A stretch of 62,801 bases of DNA, the filler included. It is 8 parts of 8 records of this genome, joined end to end, with 100 filler letters (N's around TTAATTAATTAA, not from the genome) between each part and the next. Parts side by side here need not be neighbours in the genome. Positions count along the whole stretch, not along the records: positions 1 to 9,679 come from SRR31147125_85607; 7 more parts are not named here. One strand, written 5' to 3'. Every line of letters starts with the position of its first letter. The stretch's first letter is position 1. A program made the translations under genes and the position numbers. The notes beneath the pieces were generated by a model. That model made no database searches and was not told the origin of the DNA. It saw only the letters and a list, made by a program, of their open reading frames with translations. Shown piece by piece: positions 1 to 9,779 of the stretch.

Positions 1-492
1 CTCCATGAATGGAGAGGGGGAGTTTGGGTATGATATTTCGGACTCATTGCTAAATATTTTAAGCTTTTCTCGGATTCGATTTTTAGGCAGCAACTGAGGA
101 TCTGCGTCCCACTTTTCAAAAAACAAATCTCTGTTCAGCATCAGCCTGGCCGGACCTTGTCGACACCCCTGGCGATCAATTTGATCCTGCTCCAGGACGA
201 TATGATGGGCCAGGATATTTTCACGTCCGCTATAATCGGTGCCGGAAGGTGTCACTCTTGAGAGGACGGATACCCACTTGCCATCCATTTGAAACCGGTA
301 GTGGCTGTACCTTATCGGATTGTTTTTATAATGAACATGCCCTAAAGGGAATAGGGCCGTATATCCGCTTAAAGACTCGCACAAAGAGATATACCGCTCC
401 GGCATCTCTTCGGTATATCCGACGGATGTAAACCCGGAGGTTCCGCTTTTCACCCCTCTTGGCCGGGAAGTATACACCAGCTCATAAATCAT
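1..492 (-). CDS. GAP1-N2-like protein (GTPase-associated protein 1, N-terminal type 2) of a GTPase-centred ternary conflict system; 3' end runs off the contig
   Basis: Hand-translated, absent from the ORF track. ATG at 492, open to base 1: MIYELVYTSRPRGVKSGTSGFTSVGYTEEMPERYISLCESLSGY...NPIRYSHYRF...VLSRVTPSGTDYSGRENILAHHIVL...LFFEKWDADPQLLP. The ELxYTSxPRG, ESLSGY and DYSGRxNxLAHH motifs match my recollection of GAP1-N2. It lies 44 bp downstream of the GTPase gene. Confidence 0.8.
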   Translation of the reverse strand, partial: MIYELVYTSRPRGVKSGTSGFTSVGYTEEMPERYISLCESLSGYTALFPLGHVHYKNNPIRYSHYRFQMDGKWVSVLSRVTPSGTDYSGRENILAHHIVLEQDQIDRQGCRQGPARLMLNRDLFFEKWDADPQLLPKNRIREKLKIFSNESEISYPNSPSPFME

Positions 493-536
493 TCCGATGT
501 CCCTAAAAAAGATCTCAATTTTTAAAATTTACTCCC

Positions 537-2441
537 TTACGCAGAAGGAATGAGCCCCATCTCCGAAAGAATATAAAGAAACGGTACTTCAACCCATAGC
601 GGATGCACATGGTCTTTATGAACGCCCCTTTGATCCGGCTGATGCCCGATGGCGCTCACCGGCAGATAAATCACTTTTCGGGCAAAGGCCTCGATGGTAT
701 TGATATATTCCGGTGCAAGATCGAAAAATAACGATCGGATATGGAAAGAAACCTGCTGAACGGCGTCCAAATCCAATGCCGCAGCCTCCCCTTTTTTGAG
801 CCACTTGAGGGGCGTCCCTTTTAATGTAAGGCCTTTAGCTTTTAAATGGTCCATCAACACATCGACCTTTGACAGCCCGACCACAATGGGTTTTTCAAAC
901 CGATCCGTTATGCTCAGATCGGTATATTTTCTAATGCGGTCAATGGTTTCGATGAGAATTTTCTGCTGCTGATAGACGGTCTGTACAATCTGATCTTTTA
1001 TCGAGGCATCGATGGCCGTGCCGAACCTGGGATCGGCGGTAGGATCGAACAAAAAGAGATAGCCATGGGCATGGAGCATGTGAAGCGTTCCCGGTTTGCG
1101 GATCCCGTCCTGCCCGGTTTGGAAATGTTCTCCTGCGTTATCGTAGACCGCCAATGTCCGGCTAAGAGACGTCTCTTCTTTGGATAATAAGTTGAACATG
1201 GCCGGTTGGGGCAGAGATAGCGTGATATCATTGATTTTTACCTGTTTGGAGAGACCGTCCGCCTCAATCTGGGTCTTTTCGATCACATGATACTCCACCC
1301 CGTCCACCGGAAAAAAGAGCGCCTCTTCATAGGTGTTGAGCCACTGATTGGTCACATTGTCCACATCTTCAAAGGTGATCCCGAAATATCGGGGCAGCAT
1401 TTTTCTGAGCATCCAGGTGGAACTCGCCAGATAGTAGGATTTCCCGGATCCCGGTGTTCCGATGATGGATAGGAAAATCGGTGTGGTGTCAAGAAACGGC
1501 GTAGGGATCCTCAGGTGACACCTGGGGCATGCCATTTCGGTACAGATTTCCCCCCGGCTGTCCAAGACCCTACGTACGGGCTTGAACTCCCTTGGCAAAA
1601 ATCGAAGGAGGGCTTCACTCCCGAGAACCGGATCTCCCATCAAATCCGGGTGTCTGGAAATGTAGTGCAACTCTTCGGTGGTGAAACGATACCAACAGCT
1701 GGGGCAACGCAGGGTCCCGTTTTCCTCGTTGTCCGTCTCTCCGGAAACCGACGCATGGTATTTTCCGGCGTTTCCGGAGAGATCAACGGCGTCGAAATCC
1801 GTGCCCGCCGATGTACCGTTTAAATCGTCTTTTCTGTTTCCTTCCGTTAATATGCCATGCCCTCCCCCGAGCGCGTAAATCGGATCAAACAGTCCGGGGA
1901 TCTCAAATGCCTTTATCCGGTAATCCTGACCCGAGTGCCATGCATCGTCCAATGGGCGAATCCCACCCTTGCGCGCTTCAGCCAATAGTGCGGATTTCTC
2001 CATGGGACCATGCTGCTCTCCATCATGGAGGTAGTACCACCGGATTTTTCTCTCCCGCCCGACTCTGGTTCTATCGGCCGGGGAAGTCGACTTTATGGGC
2101 GCATAAATCAGTCGAATCCGGACATTGCCGGCACTCAAAGTAAAAAACTTGTCATGCTGGGCTTTGATTTTTTGTTTCTCCAGCGATTCTCCATTGAGAC
2201 GTGTGCCCCCGCCTTCTTCTGATGCATCGGAGAGATTATAGATTTCGAGATATTTTCCGCCGTCAATTAATACAAATTGAATATGGGATTTTGAAACCGT
2301 GGGGTCGTCGATGACAATGTCGCACTTTCCTGAAGCGCCCAATACCACCGGTGAGGTGTTTATGATGTAGGGCTCTGAAGCGTACTTTTCCGACAACAGC
2401 AGTTTCCAGGCATTTTGAGATCGATTGCGTCTATTCAGCAT
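537..2441 (-). CDS. FHA + GYF_2 + Zn-ribbon + TRAFAC GTPase (double-GTPase / DO-GTPase2-like) protein
   Basis: FHA-like N-terminus (LGASGKCDIVIDDPTVSKSH...GTRLNG); GYF_2 (WYYLHDGEQHGP...AWHSG); CPSC...CPRC; G1 GTPGSGKS, G3 DNAG, G4 SKVD, G5 VSA. Confidence 0.8.
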   Translation of the reverse strand: MLNRRNRSQNAWKLLLSEKYASEPYIINTSPVVLGASGKCDIVIDDPTVSKSHIQFVLIDGGKYLEIYNLSDASEEGGGTRLNGESLEKQKIKAQHDKFFTLSAGNVRIRLIYAPIKSTSPADRTRVGRERKIRWYYLHDGEQHGPMEKSALLAEARKGGIRPLDDAWHSGQDYRIKAFEIPGLFDPIYALGGGHGILTEGNRKDDLNGTSAGTDFDAVDLSGNAGKYHASVSGETDNEENGTLRCPSCWYRFTTEELHYISRHPDLMGDPVLGSEALLRFLPREFKPVRRVLDSRGEICTEMACPRCHLRIPTPFLDTTPIFLSIIGTPGSGKSYYLASSTWMLRKMLPRYFGITFEDVDNVTNQWLNTYEEALFFPVDGVEYHVIEKTQIEADGLSKQVKINDITLSLPQPAMFNLLSKEETSLSRTLAVYDNAGEHFQTGQDGIRKPGTLHMLHAHGYLFLFDPTADPRFGTAIDASIKDQIVQTVYQQQKILIETIDRIRKYTDLSITDRFEKPIVVGLSKVDVLMDHLKAKGLTLKGTPLKWLKKGEAAALDLDAVQQVSFHIRSLFFDLAPEYINTIEAFARKVIYLPVSAIGHQPDQRGVHKDHVHPLWVEVPFLYILSEMGLIPSA

Positions 2442-2471
2442 TCTCTTTTCCGTGCGTTCCTATGGTTGCTT

Positions 2472-3902
2472 TTAACCCTCTTGGGCCATGGCCTTAAATC
2501 GATCGGATTCTTCGCCATGGCCTTGATGGGCGTAGATATCGGCCACCCGTCGGTAATAGCCGTCCCTGTTTTCCGGATCTTCCTGTACCAGTTTCAAATA
2601 GATTTCAACAAGTTCGGTGGTTCTGACACCCGCGGCAAAACCGGATTCGGCAAACCCGTGCCGAAGCGGAAAATCAGGCATTCTGCCGCATCCGCTGCAT
2701 TGTTGCATCAAGCCGCCGTAAATGTCCATGGCCTTTTCGTAGGATGCCATGGCCTGGTAAGTTCGTGCCAGTGATCGCAGTAACAGTTCTTTGATCTCTT
2801 GACGATCTCTTTTTTCACATGCCGAAGGCGCTTGTTTCTTTCCATCATGGGCGGATGGAACGGATTCGTCCTCATTCCTTTGCAGCAGCCTTAGATAGTG
2901 TGCTTCCGCCCTGGAATAGTCTCCGGATTGATAATAGGTTTCCCCCAGTAAGAGGAAAGGGATGATGGTTGTCTCCAAGTTTAGGTTTTGAGTGATCCCA
3001 TCCCTATCTGTCCCATCATCCACTGCAGTGCCCTCCACGCGCTCGTCATTCACATTCACTACAGGAATGCTCAAGAATTGATTGAGAAATGCTTCCGCAC
3101 CTTGATAATCTTCCTCAGCCCAAAATGTCTCACACATGATTCGAGCCCCTTTTTCAGATCCGGGAAAATCATTCAGATACATTTTTGCATATCTTTTACT
3201 GTCCTCGTAGTCCCCCATATTCAGACAGCAGAGCGCAAGCTCCATGGAAATATGGTTTGGATGATTATTGTCCAGATTCATTTCCAGTGCCTCGAGTAAA
3301 TGATGCCGTGCGGTTTGAAACTCACCTTCATTCAAGGCCACATACCCTTTTTTGAACGCGTCCCCATAAGTGGCATATGCCTCCTGTTCCGATTCATCCA
3401 ATGTACTGCAAATCGCAAAAAAAGTTTCATCGATGATTTCATCGGAATCATGGACACTATCAACGTGTTCTCCCCCGTCAATATCCATTTCACCGGATAA
3501 TTGATCTTTCTCCGACGAAGGAATTCCGTTGTGCTTTTTTCCTTTCCCGGATTCAATTTGCTCTTTCAACGTCATGATATCCGATGTGAGTGTGCTATCC
3601 TTTGTCAAATTCAATGCAAGATCCGCAAGACTCGCTGCATCAGCCACGCAATTGAGTTCAACGTATTCATTTGCTTTTGCAAAATGCTCTTTTGCCAACC
3701 CTTCACATGCATTTTGAATTTTTTCATTAATTCGGGCGTCAAACTGATGATCAGCCGATGGCTTTTTCATGTGGCGCTCTTTAGCCTTTTCATATTCAAT
3801 TTTGGCATATCCGAACCTATCTTGGTCAAAGTATTGATCCCCCTTTGTTTCAATATCTTCCGGGGATTTTCCGGTCAAAAAACTAAACAGTCCCATTGGC
3901 AA
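2472..3902 (-). CDS. Tetratricopeptide-repeat protein with a C-terminal CxxC
   Basis: 476-aa ORF with helical repeats (LLLGETYYQSGDYSRAEAHY; LARTYQAMASYEKAMDIY) and CSGC. Confidence 0.75.
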   Translation of the reverse strand: MPMGLFSFLTGKSPEDIETKGDQYFDQDRFGYAKIEYEKAKERHMKKPSADHQFDARINEKIQNACEGLAKEHFAKANEYVELNCVADAASLADLALNLTKDSTLTSDIMTLKEQIESGKGKKHNGIPSSEKDQLSGEMDIDGGEHVDSVHDSDEIIDETFFAICSTLDESEQEAYATYGDAFKKGYVALNEGEFQTARHHLLEALEMNLDNNHPNHISMELALCCLNMGDYEDSKRYAKMYLNDFPGSEKGARIMCETFWAEEDYQGAEAFLNQFLSIPVVNVNDERVEGTAVDDGTDRDGITQNLNLETTIIPFLLLGETYYQSGDYSRAEAHYLRLLQRNEDESVPSAHDGKKQAPSACEKRDRQEIKELLLRSLARTYQAMASYEKAMDIYGGLMQQCSGCGRMPDFPLRHGFAESGFAAGVRTTELVEIYLKLVQEDPENRDGYYRRVADIYAHQGHGEESDRFKAMAQEG

Positions 3903-4157
3903 TGTCGCTCCATTGTTTGTCTCATTGAAATGTATCGAAATTGTTGTAAAACGGTATCAGGGAAGGTGGATTTTGTAAAGATAAAGATCTCTGAATCCAT
4001 TAGGATGGAACTATGTGGCTGGAGAAAAAAAAGCCGATCCTGAAGGATTGTAAAATTGGAGGTTGATTTCTATTGATTCTCCATTTACCACGCCAACCGA
4101 CGCCGGGGCTTTTTTGGATATCGTCCTTGATTTAATCGAAGTGAACAGGCCTCAAGC

Positions 4158-4203
4158 AAAAAAAGAGTGCTTCCAAAATCCAAAAGGATTTAAAAGCACT
4201 CTT
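4158..4203 (-). terminator. Intrinsic terminator downstream of the mini rod-like gene
   Basis: AAGAGTGCTT(4163-4172)/AAGCACTCTT(4194-4203) stem with an inner AAATCC/GGATTT stem, followed by a T-run on the minus strand. Confidence 0.6.
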
Positions 4204-4262
4204 CTTCAAAAGAGACTGGAATGCCGTCTGTCGGTGATGACAAGGTCGGCCGAAAAAACGAA

Positions 4263-4607
4263 TCAAGCGATCATATTGATGACCGTCCCTTTCATCTCAT
4301 CTGCGGTCTGTACCGCTTTGACATTGGCATCATACCCCGACTGAAAATTGATCAAATTTGTGAACTCCGTAGAAAGATCGGTGTTGGAAAGTTCCTGAAG
4401 CGTGCCGTCACTTTTTGTGACAATGGGTCCGGAAGACGTGTTTTGGCTTAACGTCACCTTAACCGCGTCGTTCTCCCCCTCATTCATGTCGGCTCGACTG
4501 CTTTTGAAATCGTTGGATGCCACATTGGCAACATTGTTTGCCGTGACAGCCGTTCCCGTCTCAAAAGCCTGCATGGCCGACGCACTGTTGTAAATTGAAG
4601 ATACCAT
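4263..4607 (-). CDS. Small flagellar basal-body rod/hook-like protein (FlgE/FlgG N- and C-terminal motifs only)
   Basis: ANNVANVASNDFKS N-terminal motif and SNTDLSTEF...YDANVKAVQTADEM C-terminal motif. Start moved to ATG 4607 (RBS AAAGGAG); 114 aa. Confidence 0.8.
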   Translation of the reverse strand: MVSSIYNSASAMQAFETGTAVTANNVANVASNDFKSSRADMNEGENDAVKVTLSQNTSSGPIVTKSDGTLQELSNTDLSTEFTNLINFQSGYDANVKAVQTADEMKGTVINMIA

Positions 4608-4619
4608 GGTCGTCTCCTT

Positions 4620-4712
4620 TTGCAGCAACCCCGCTGCCGTGTCATCCATTGAAATTTATGAGTTAGGCCGGTAGTTTTGCGTCCTTTCCTTTCAGAAAGT
4701 TTGCCTATTTTT
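4620..4712 (-). ncRNA. Cyclic di-GMP-I (GEMM-I) riboswitch
   Basis: Minus strand reads TAGGCAAACTTTCTGAAAGGAAAGGACGCAAAACTACCGGCCTAA...ACGGCAGCGGGGTTGCTG. This contains the GGCAAAC, GAAA tetraloop, GGACGCAAA, CCGGCCTAA and GCGGGGTT elements of the Vc2-type aptamer, and it abuts the RBS of the rod-like gene. Confidence 0.9.
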
Positions 4713-4851
4713 AAAAATAAAGGTTGCTTATCATTCTGTCAATTGAAATATAGACATTTCAACTGAATGCGCCGGCTCAATACCGGATGATTACACCTGA
4801 CGATTCCAAATATATTTTCACGGATCGCTATCACCCCTGAGGAGCTCTTCC

Positions 4852-5947
4852 ATGAAACCGAGTTTTAAACCGATACTATCACTGATGGTGGGTATACTCA
4901 TCACCCTTTTTTTCTCTCACTGGCTTTTAAGAATGTCCCTCTCCATGACCTTCGACATTACTTTTCCACCATTGATTACCTTGGCCTGATCCCGCCTCTT
5001 CTGCTGGTGGTCCTCACCTTTGGAGTTCGATCCATTCGATGGTATCTGCTTTTGGAAAAACGGCTTCCATTACCGCGCTGTTACCATTACCTGATCAGCG
5101 GATTTATGCTCAACTGTATCCTTCCCGCCAGAATGGGAGAAATTGCACGCCCGTTATTGGCAGGGCGGGAACCGGGCTGCAACGTCCCCACAGCCATTTC
5201 CTCCATTGTCATGGAGCGTCTTTTCGATATGCTGACTTTGATCTTACTTTTTTACGGATTGATTCACTTTATTTCCATTTCCGATGATCTCACATACAAA
5301 ATGGGACAGTATCATCTAAACAAGACTCTGTTGATGGATCTCATCGGCAGCACATTAACATTGGCTATTATGCTTTTTTGCATCATGGGTTTGATGGCCT
5401 ATCATCGATCAAGACGCTTTTTATTATTCTTGTTAAACAAAATTGATGCCAAATTTCAAAATGCCATGCCACGTGAAGCGACAACTTCCAACAGAGTCGT
5501 TAAAGCATCTCAAACGCTCTTTCGGTACATCACCATCTTCATTGAAAAATTTGCCGCCGGCACCCAATCCATCAATAGTTTTCAAACCTGTTGCACGGTT
5601 TTCCTTTTATCCATGCTGATATGGATGCTTCTAGGGGGATCCTATCTCCTCGTGGCCCGTGCGGTTCCGGGAATACCGCTGAATTTTTCGAAGCGACCTT
5701 TACAATGATTATTATCTGTTTTTTTATCGCCCTACCGTCGGCCCCCGGCTTCTGGGGGGTGTGGGAAGCCGGCGGTATCTTTGCCATGATGATTTTCGGC
5801 ATGGAGGGAAGTGATGTATTGGGGTACCACCTGATCAACCATGTCGTTCAACTGGCCCCTGTCATGGTCATGGGATTTATCTCTGCATGGATGATCGGAT
5901 TTTCCAAACTGATTCATACATCCACACATAAAATGGAGACGAAATGA
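4852..5947 (+). CDS. Lysylphosphatidylglycerol synthase TM-domain (flippase-like) membrane protein, split by apparent frameshifts
   Basis: GFMLNCILPARMGEIARP, MERLFD and LPSAPGFWGVWE motifs spread over ORFs 5007-5708 and 5591-5947; ATG 4852 with a GAGGAG RBS. Confidence 0.75.
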
Positions 5948-6014
5948 ATTGTTTCCCATTGTTCCCACCGAACTCTTAAGGTATATTTAAACAATTGGTC
6001 CAATTTTGTTTTAA

Positions 6015-6119
6015 AAATACAAAGGAATTGACGGCGTCACCGTCCATGAGGTGGGATTGGTGTTCAGCAAGGCATCGCGCAATCTGATCACGCGTTGCCC
6101 CTGTTACTCATATCCATGA
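6015..6119 (+). pseudogene. C-terminal remnant of an AAA/PD-(D/E)XK paralogue
   Basis: Translates KYKGIDGVTVHEVGLVFSKASRNLI...*, versus KYRGIKGVIVHEVGLVFSRKLRNLL at the C-terminus of the next gene. Confidence 0.75.
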
Positions 6120-6174
6120 ATGGAAAAGGCATAATCCAACCAACGAACATTTGCATATGATAAAGGAAACAGCC

Positions 6175-7734
6175 ATGAAAAACCTACCTCTGGGAATCAG
6201 CTCGCTGGCAACCATGCAGTCCCAAAATATGATCTATGTGGACAAAACAGAGATCGCCTGGTATCTGGTCAAACAAGCAGGCCGATATTTCCTTTCCAGA
6301 CCCCGACGATTCGGTAAAAGCTTGTTCGTTGATACCCTGAAAGAGATTTTTGAAGGTAACGAGGCTCTGTTCAAAGGACTTTTCATTCACGATAAATGGG
6401 ATTGGAATGAAACGTATCCCGTCATTAAGATCGACTTTTCAGACGGCACGCTTCAATCCAGAGACAATTTGGACAAACGTATTTTCGAAATCCTTTTTGA
6501 GAATGCCGCCCGACTGGATATCGACCTGACCAGAGGTAAAAGTATCCCCGGAACGTTTGGAGAGCTGATACGGTCTGCTGAAAAAAAACATGGCAATCCC
6601 GCTGTGGTGCTGGTAGACGAATATGACAAGCCGATTTTGGACAATATCGAAAAGCCTGATACAGCAATCGAAATGCGGGAAGGCCTGAAAAATCTCTACA
6701 CCGTCCTCAAAGGACAGGACACTCACCTTCAGTCTGTCTTCATGACCGGCGTAAGCAAATTCTCCAAGGTGAGTCTTTTCAGCGGTGCCAATCAACTCAT
6801 CGACATCACACTCAATCAAACCTTTGCCACCATCTGCGGATATACCCATGAAGATCTGAAACAACATTTTCAAGAGCACCTGCAAGGGGTTGATTGGGAT
6901 GATATTCAGCAATGGTACAATGGCTATCGATGGCTGGGCTCTATGCCTGTCTACAACCCATTTAATATTCTGCTTTTTATCAAAAACAACAAATTTTTCC
7001 GCAACTATTGGTTTGAAACCGGAAACCCCAGCTTTCTCATCAAGCTTTTTTGCAAACACCGTTATTTTCTGCCCAGTCTCGAAAAACCGGTGGTCACCGA
7101 AGAGATATTGGACTCTTTTGACGTGGAAAAAATCAACCCACTCACCCTACTCTTCCAAAGCGGATACCTTACCGTGGCAGCGACCTTTACCCGCCGTCAT
7201 CGCTTGATGTTTCGACTCACTGTGCCCAATCTGGAAGTAAAGATCGCCCTGAACGATCACTTCATCAATGGATACACCGATCTGGTCAATGAAAAGATCG
7301 GCATCCAGGATCACCTTTACGATTGCCTGGAGTCCGGAGATGTCAACGGTATGATCGGCGTTATTCACCGACTCTTTAAATCGATCCCCTGGCGTAACTT
7401 CACCAATAACGATCTGGCAGACTATGAAGGGTACTATGCGTCGGTGCTCTACGCATTTTTCAGCTCATTGAATGCCGAAGTCATCCCTGAAGATATTGAC
7501 AATCACGGGCAGGTGGACATGACCGTCACGCTGGGTAATCACATCTATGTCATGGAGATCAAGGTGGTGGATAAGGATCGTACGGATGAAACTGAAGAGA
7601 ATCCGGCATTGAAGCAGATCCGGGAAAAGGGGTATGCCGACAAATATCGGGGAATCAAGGGCGTTATCGTTCATGAAGTGGGGTTGGTGTTCAGTAGAAA
7701 ACTGCGAAACTTATTAAAAAATGATGGCGCGTAG
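6175..7734 (+). CDS. AAA-ATPase-like protein with a C-terminal PD-(D/E)XK nuclease domain (PDDEXK_9-type)
   Basis: LPLGI, YVDKT, SRPRRFGKS, LVDEYDKP, WYNGY, YNPF, YWFETG; nuclease GQVD...MEIK...ALKQIREKGY. Confidence 0.92.
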   Translation: MKNLPLGISSLATMQSQNMIYVDKTEIAWYLVKQAGRYFLSRPRRFGKSLFVDTLKEIFEGNEALFKGLFIHDKWDWNETYPVIKIDFSDGTLQSRDNLDKRIFEILFENAARLDIDLTRGKSIPGTFGELIRSAEKKHGNPAVVLVDEYDKPILDNIEKPDTAIEMREGLKNLYTVLKGQDTHLQSVFMTGVSKFSKVSLFSGANQLIDITLNQTFATICGYTHEDLKQHFQEHLQGVDWDDIQQWYNGYRWLGSMPVYNPFNILLFIKNNKFFRNYWFETGNPSFLIKLFCKHRYFLPSLEKPVVTEEILDSFDVEKINPLTLLFQSGYLTVAATFTRRHRLMFRLTVPNLEVKIALNDHFINGYTDLVNEKIGIQDHLYDCLESGDVNGMIGVIHRLFKSIPWRNFTNNDLADYEGYYASVLYAFFSSLNAEVIPEDIDNHGQVDMTVTLGNHIYVMEIKVVDKDRTDETEENPALKQIREKGYADKYRGIKGVIVHEVGLVFSRKLRNLLKNDGA

Positions 7735-7801
7735 TGGGGCATCAGCATCAAATGAACAGTCCGCCCTTGCCTTCAGGAATGTCTTGGGCACGACAACAGC
7801 A

Positions 7802-8569
7802 TCATGGAATGTCCCGTCGCTCAAAAATGATGATCGCCAACATCAGAATCACTGTCGTATAGAGCCCGGCATATAGTAATGACATGAAAAATTCCGGCAG
7901 TGAGATTCCTAAATTGTGAACGACACGGGCTTTAAAATTGAGATTTTCAAGATTTGGAAACACATAGTAGAGTCCTTCGGCAAATTTCTGAAATGCCACG
8001 TTTTCTCCACTTTCCGCCAACATTTTTAAATCTTTTGTCAGATGCCCGATAATAAAGATACTCAGCGTAAACATCCCGCTCAAAAAAGAAGAGGCAAACG
8101 TCGAAAAAAGAAAGGCCACCGCCAAAATCAATTGCAGCTCAATATGAATCGGAATAATGGCGTAGAAGAGAGACAAAGGAACTTCAGGGACATATTGATA
8201 GCTAAGAATAAAAAGCAGTATCGTCATCACCCCCACTTCAATTGCAATGGTCAAACTGAGTCCGCAATATTTACCGATTAAAAATTGCCATCTGGCAATG
8301 GGTTTTGACAGAATCACGTAAATGGTCTTTTTTTCCATCTCTTTGTAGACCATCCCTATCCCGACAAATATGGCAATGAGCGTCCCGACAATGGAAATGG
8401 AGCCAAGCCCGAAGTCCTTGATAATTTTTACCGGTTCTGCGAGGGTCAAATTGCCGAGAATCATGGAGAAGGCAAGTAAGATAACGGCGAAAAAGAGCAA
8501 GCTGTAAAAAATTCGATCTCTGATGGATTCACGAAATGTATTGAGTGCGATGGCGACAATTTTATTCAT
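7802..8569 (-). CDS. ABC-2 type transporter permease (PilI/XapB-like)
   Basis: IALNTFRESIRDR, EKKTIYVILSKPIARWQFLIGKY, multiple TM segments, FERRD end. Confidence 0.85.
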   Translation of the reverse strand: MNKIVAIALNTFRESIRDRIFYSLLFFAVILLAFSMILGNLTLAEPVKIIKDFGLGSISIVGTLIAIFVGIGMVYKEMEKKTIYVILSKPIARWQFLIGKYCGLSLTIAIEVGVMTILLFILSYQYVPEVPLSLFYAIIPIHIELQLILAVAFLFSTFASSFLSGMFTLSIFIIGHLTKDLKMLAESGENVAFQKFAEGLYYVFPNLENLNFKARVVHNLGISLPEFFMSLLYAGLYTTVILMLAIIIFERRDIP

Positions 8570-9537
8570 CGGATCGTTTCCTTCTGTCCGGTGCTTTTGA
8601 TGTATATCTCTTCTAAATTCTTCCTTCTCGGTCCAAACGAAATCAAATTGATATTCTGCTTTTTCACGTCATCGATCAAGGCATAGGCCGTCTCTTGATT
8701 TGAAGTCGTCAAAATGACCCGGTTTCCGCTCTTTATCGTCTCAAAATCCTCATTCAACATGACCAAACTTTGTTCCGAGAGTTGAAAATCGTCCGCATGA
8801 CAAATGATTTCCCAATAGTTATCATCCCCACTCATCATATCTTCAACATCAATGATCTGCTTCAACTCTCCTTTGGCAAGAATACTCGCTCTGTCGCATA
8901 TCATTTCAACATCGGAGATAATATGGGAGGAAAAGATAATCGTCTTTCCCTGCTCACGGCATTTGAGAATGATATCCCTCATATTTTTTCGTCCCATGGG
9001 ATCGAGGCCGGACATGGGCTCATCCAATATCAGCAATTTTGGATCGTTTATCAAAGCTTGTGCAATGCCGACTCTTTGAAGCATCCCTCGAGAAAATTTA
9101 CGCAACTGTAAATCGCGGGCATGTTCGAGCCCAACAAGGGATAGCAGCTCATCGACACGTTTTTTTTTCGTTTGGGTATCCATGTCGAACAGACCGGCGT
9201 AAAAGTTGAGAGACTCTTGGGCAGTGAGATAGGAATAAAAGTAAGGATTTTCCGGAAGATACCCCAACAGACTTCTGTTACGAAAATCAGAGGCAGGCTT
9301 TCCCCAGAAGGTGATCTCTCCCTGGTCGGGATGAATCAAGCCGAGGATGAGCTTGAATGTAGTGGTTTTACCGGCACCGTTGGCGCCGAGATACCCAAAT
9401 ATTTCCTGATCAAATATTTCAATGTTTAAATTTTTGAGAGCAACAAATTGCTTACCCCAACCTTGTTTAAAACTCTTGCTTAACTTTTTTATCTTGATTG
9501 CCGGCATTTTACTCATTTTATATAGACTATTTTCCAT
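8566..9537 (-). CDS. ABC transporter ATP-binding protein (PilH/XapC-like)
   Basis: GANGAGKTT, FSRGMLQR, LILDEP, SSH; overlaps the permease by 4 nt. Confidence 0.92.
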   Translation of the reverse strand: MENSLYKMSKMPAIKIKKLSKSFKQGWGKQFVALKNLNIEIFDQEIFGYLGANGAGKTTTFKLILGLIHPDQGEITFWGKPASDFRNRSLLGYLPENPYFYSYLTAQESLNFYAGLFDMDTQTKKKRVDELLSLVGLEHARDLQLRKFSRGMLQRVGIAQALINDPKLLILDEPMSGLDPMGRKNMRDIILKCREQGKTIIFSSHIISDVEMICDRASILAKGELKQIIDVEDMMSGDDNYWEIICHADDFQLSEQSLVMLNEDFETIKSGNRVILTTSNQETAYALIDDVKKQNINLISFGPRRKNLEEIYIKSTGQKETIR

Positions 9538-9679
9538 TTTTTTCTATAACTTCAATTTGCAATTGGCTCTCATTGTTTATATAAAGCTCCAAGTGTCCCC
9601 CTAAAGTTGAATGAAAAACGGAATGATCAATCCAATCAATATAATAGTTTCCTTCTGGAAAATTATCAGGAATTTTTTT

Positions 9680-9779
9680 NNNNNNNNNNNNNNNNNNNNN
9701 NNNNNNNNNNNNNNNNNNNNNNNTTAATTAATTAANNNNNNNNNNNNNNNNNNNNNNNNNNNNNNNNNNNNNNNNNNNN
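9680..9779. other. Artificial contig linker
   Basis: N44-TTAATTAATTAA-N44, with stops in all six frames. Confidence 0.98.
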
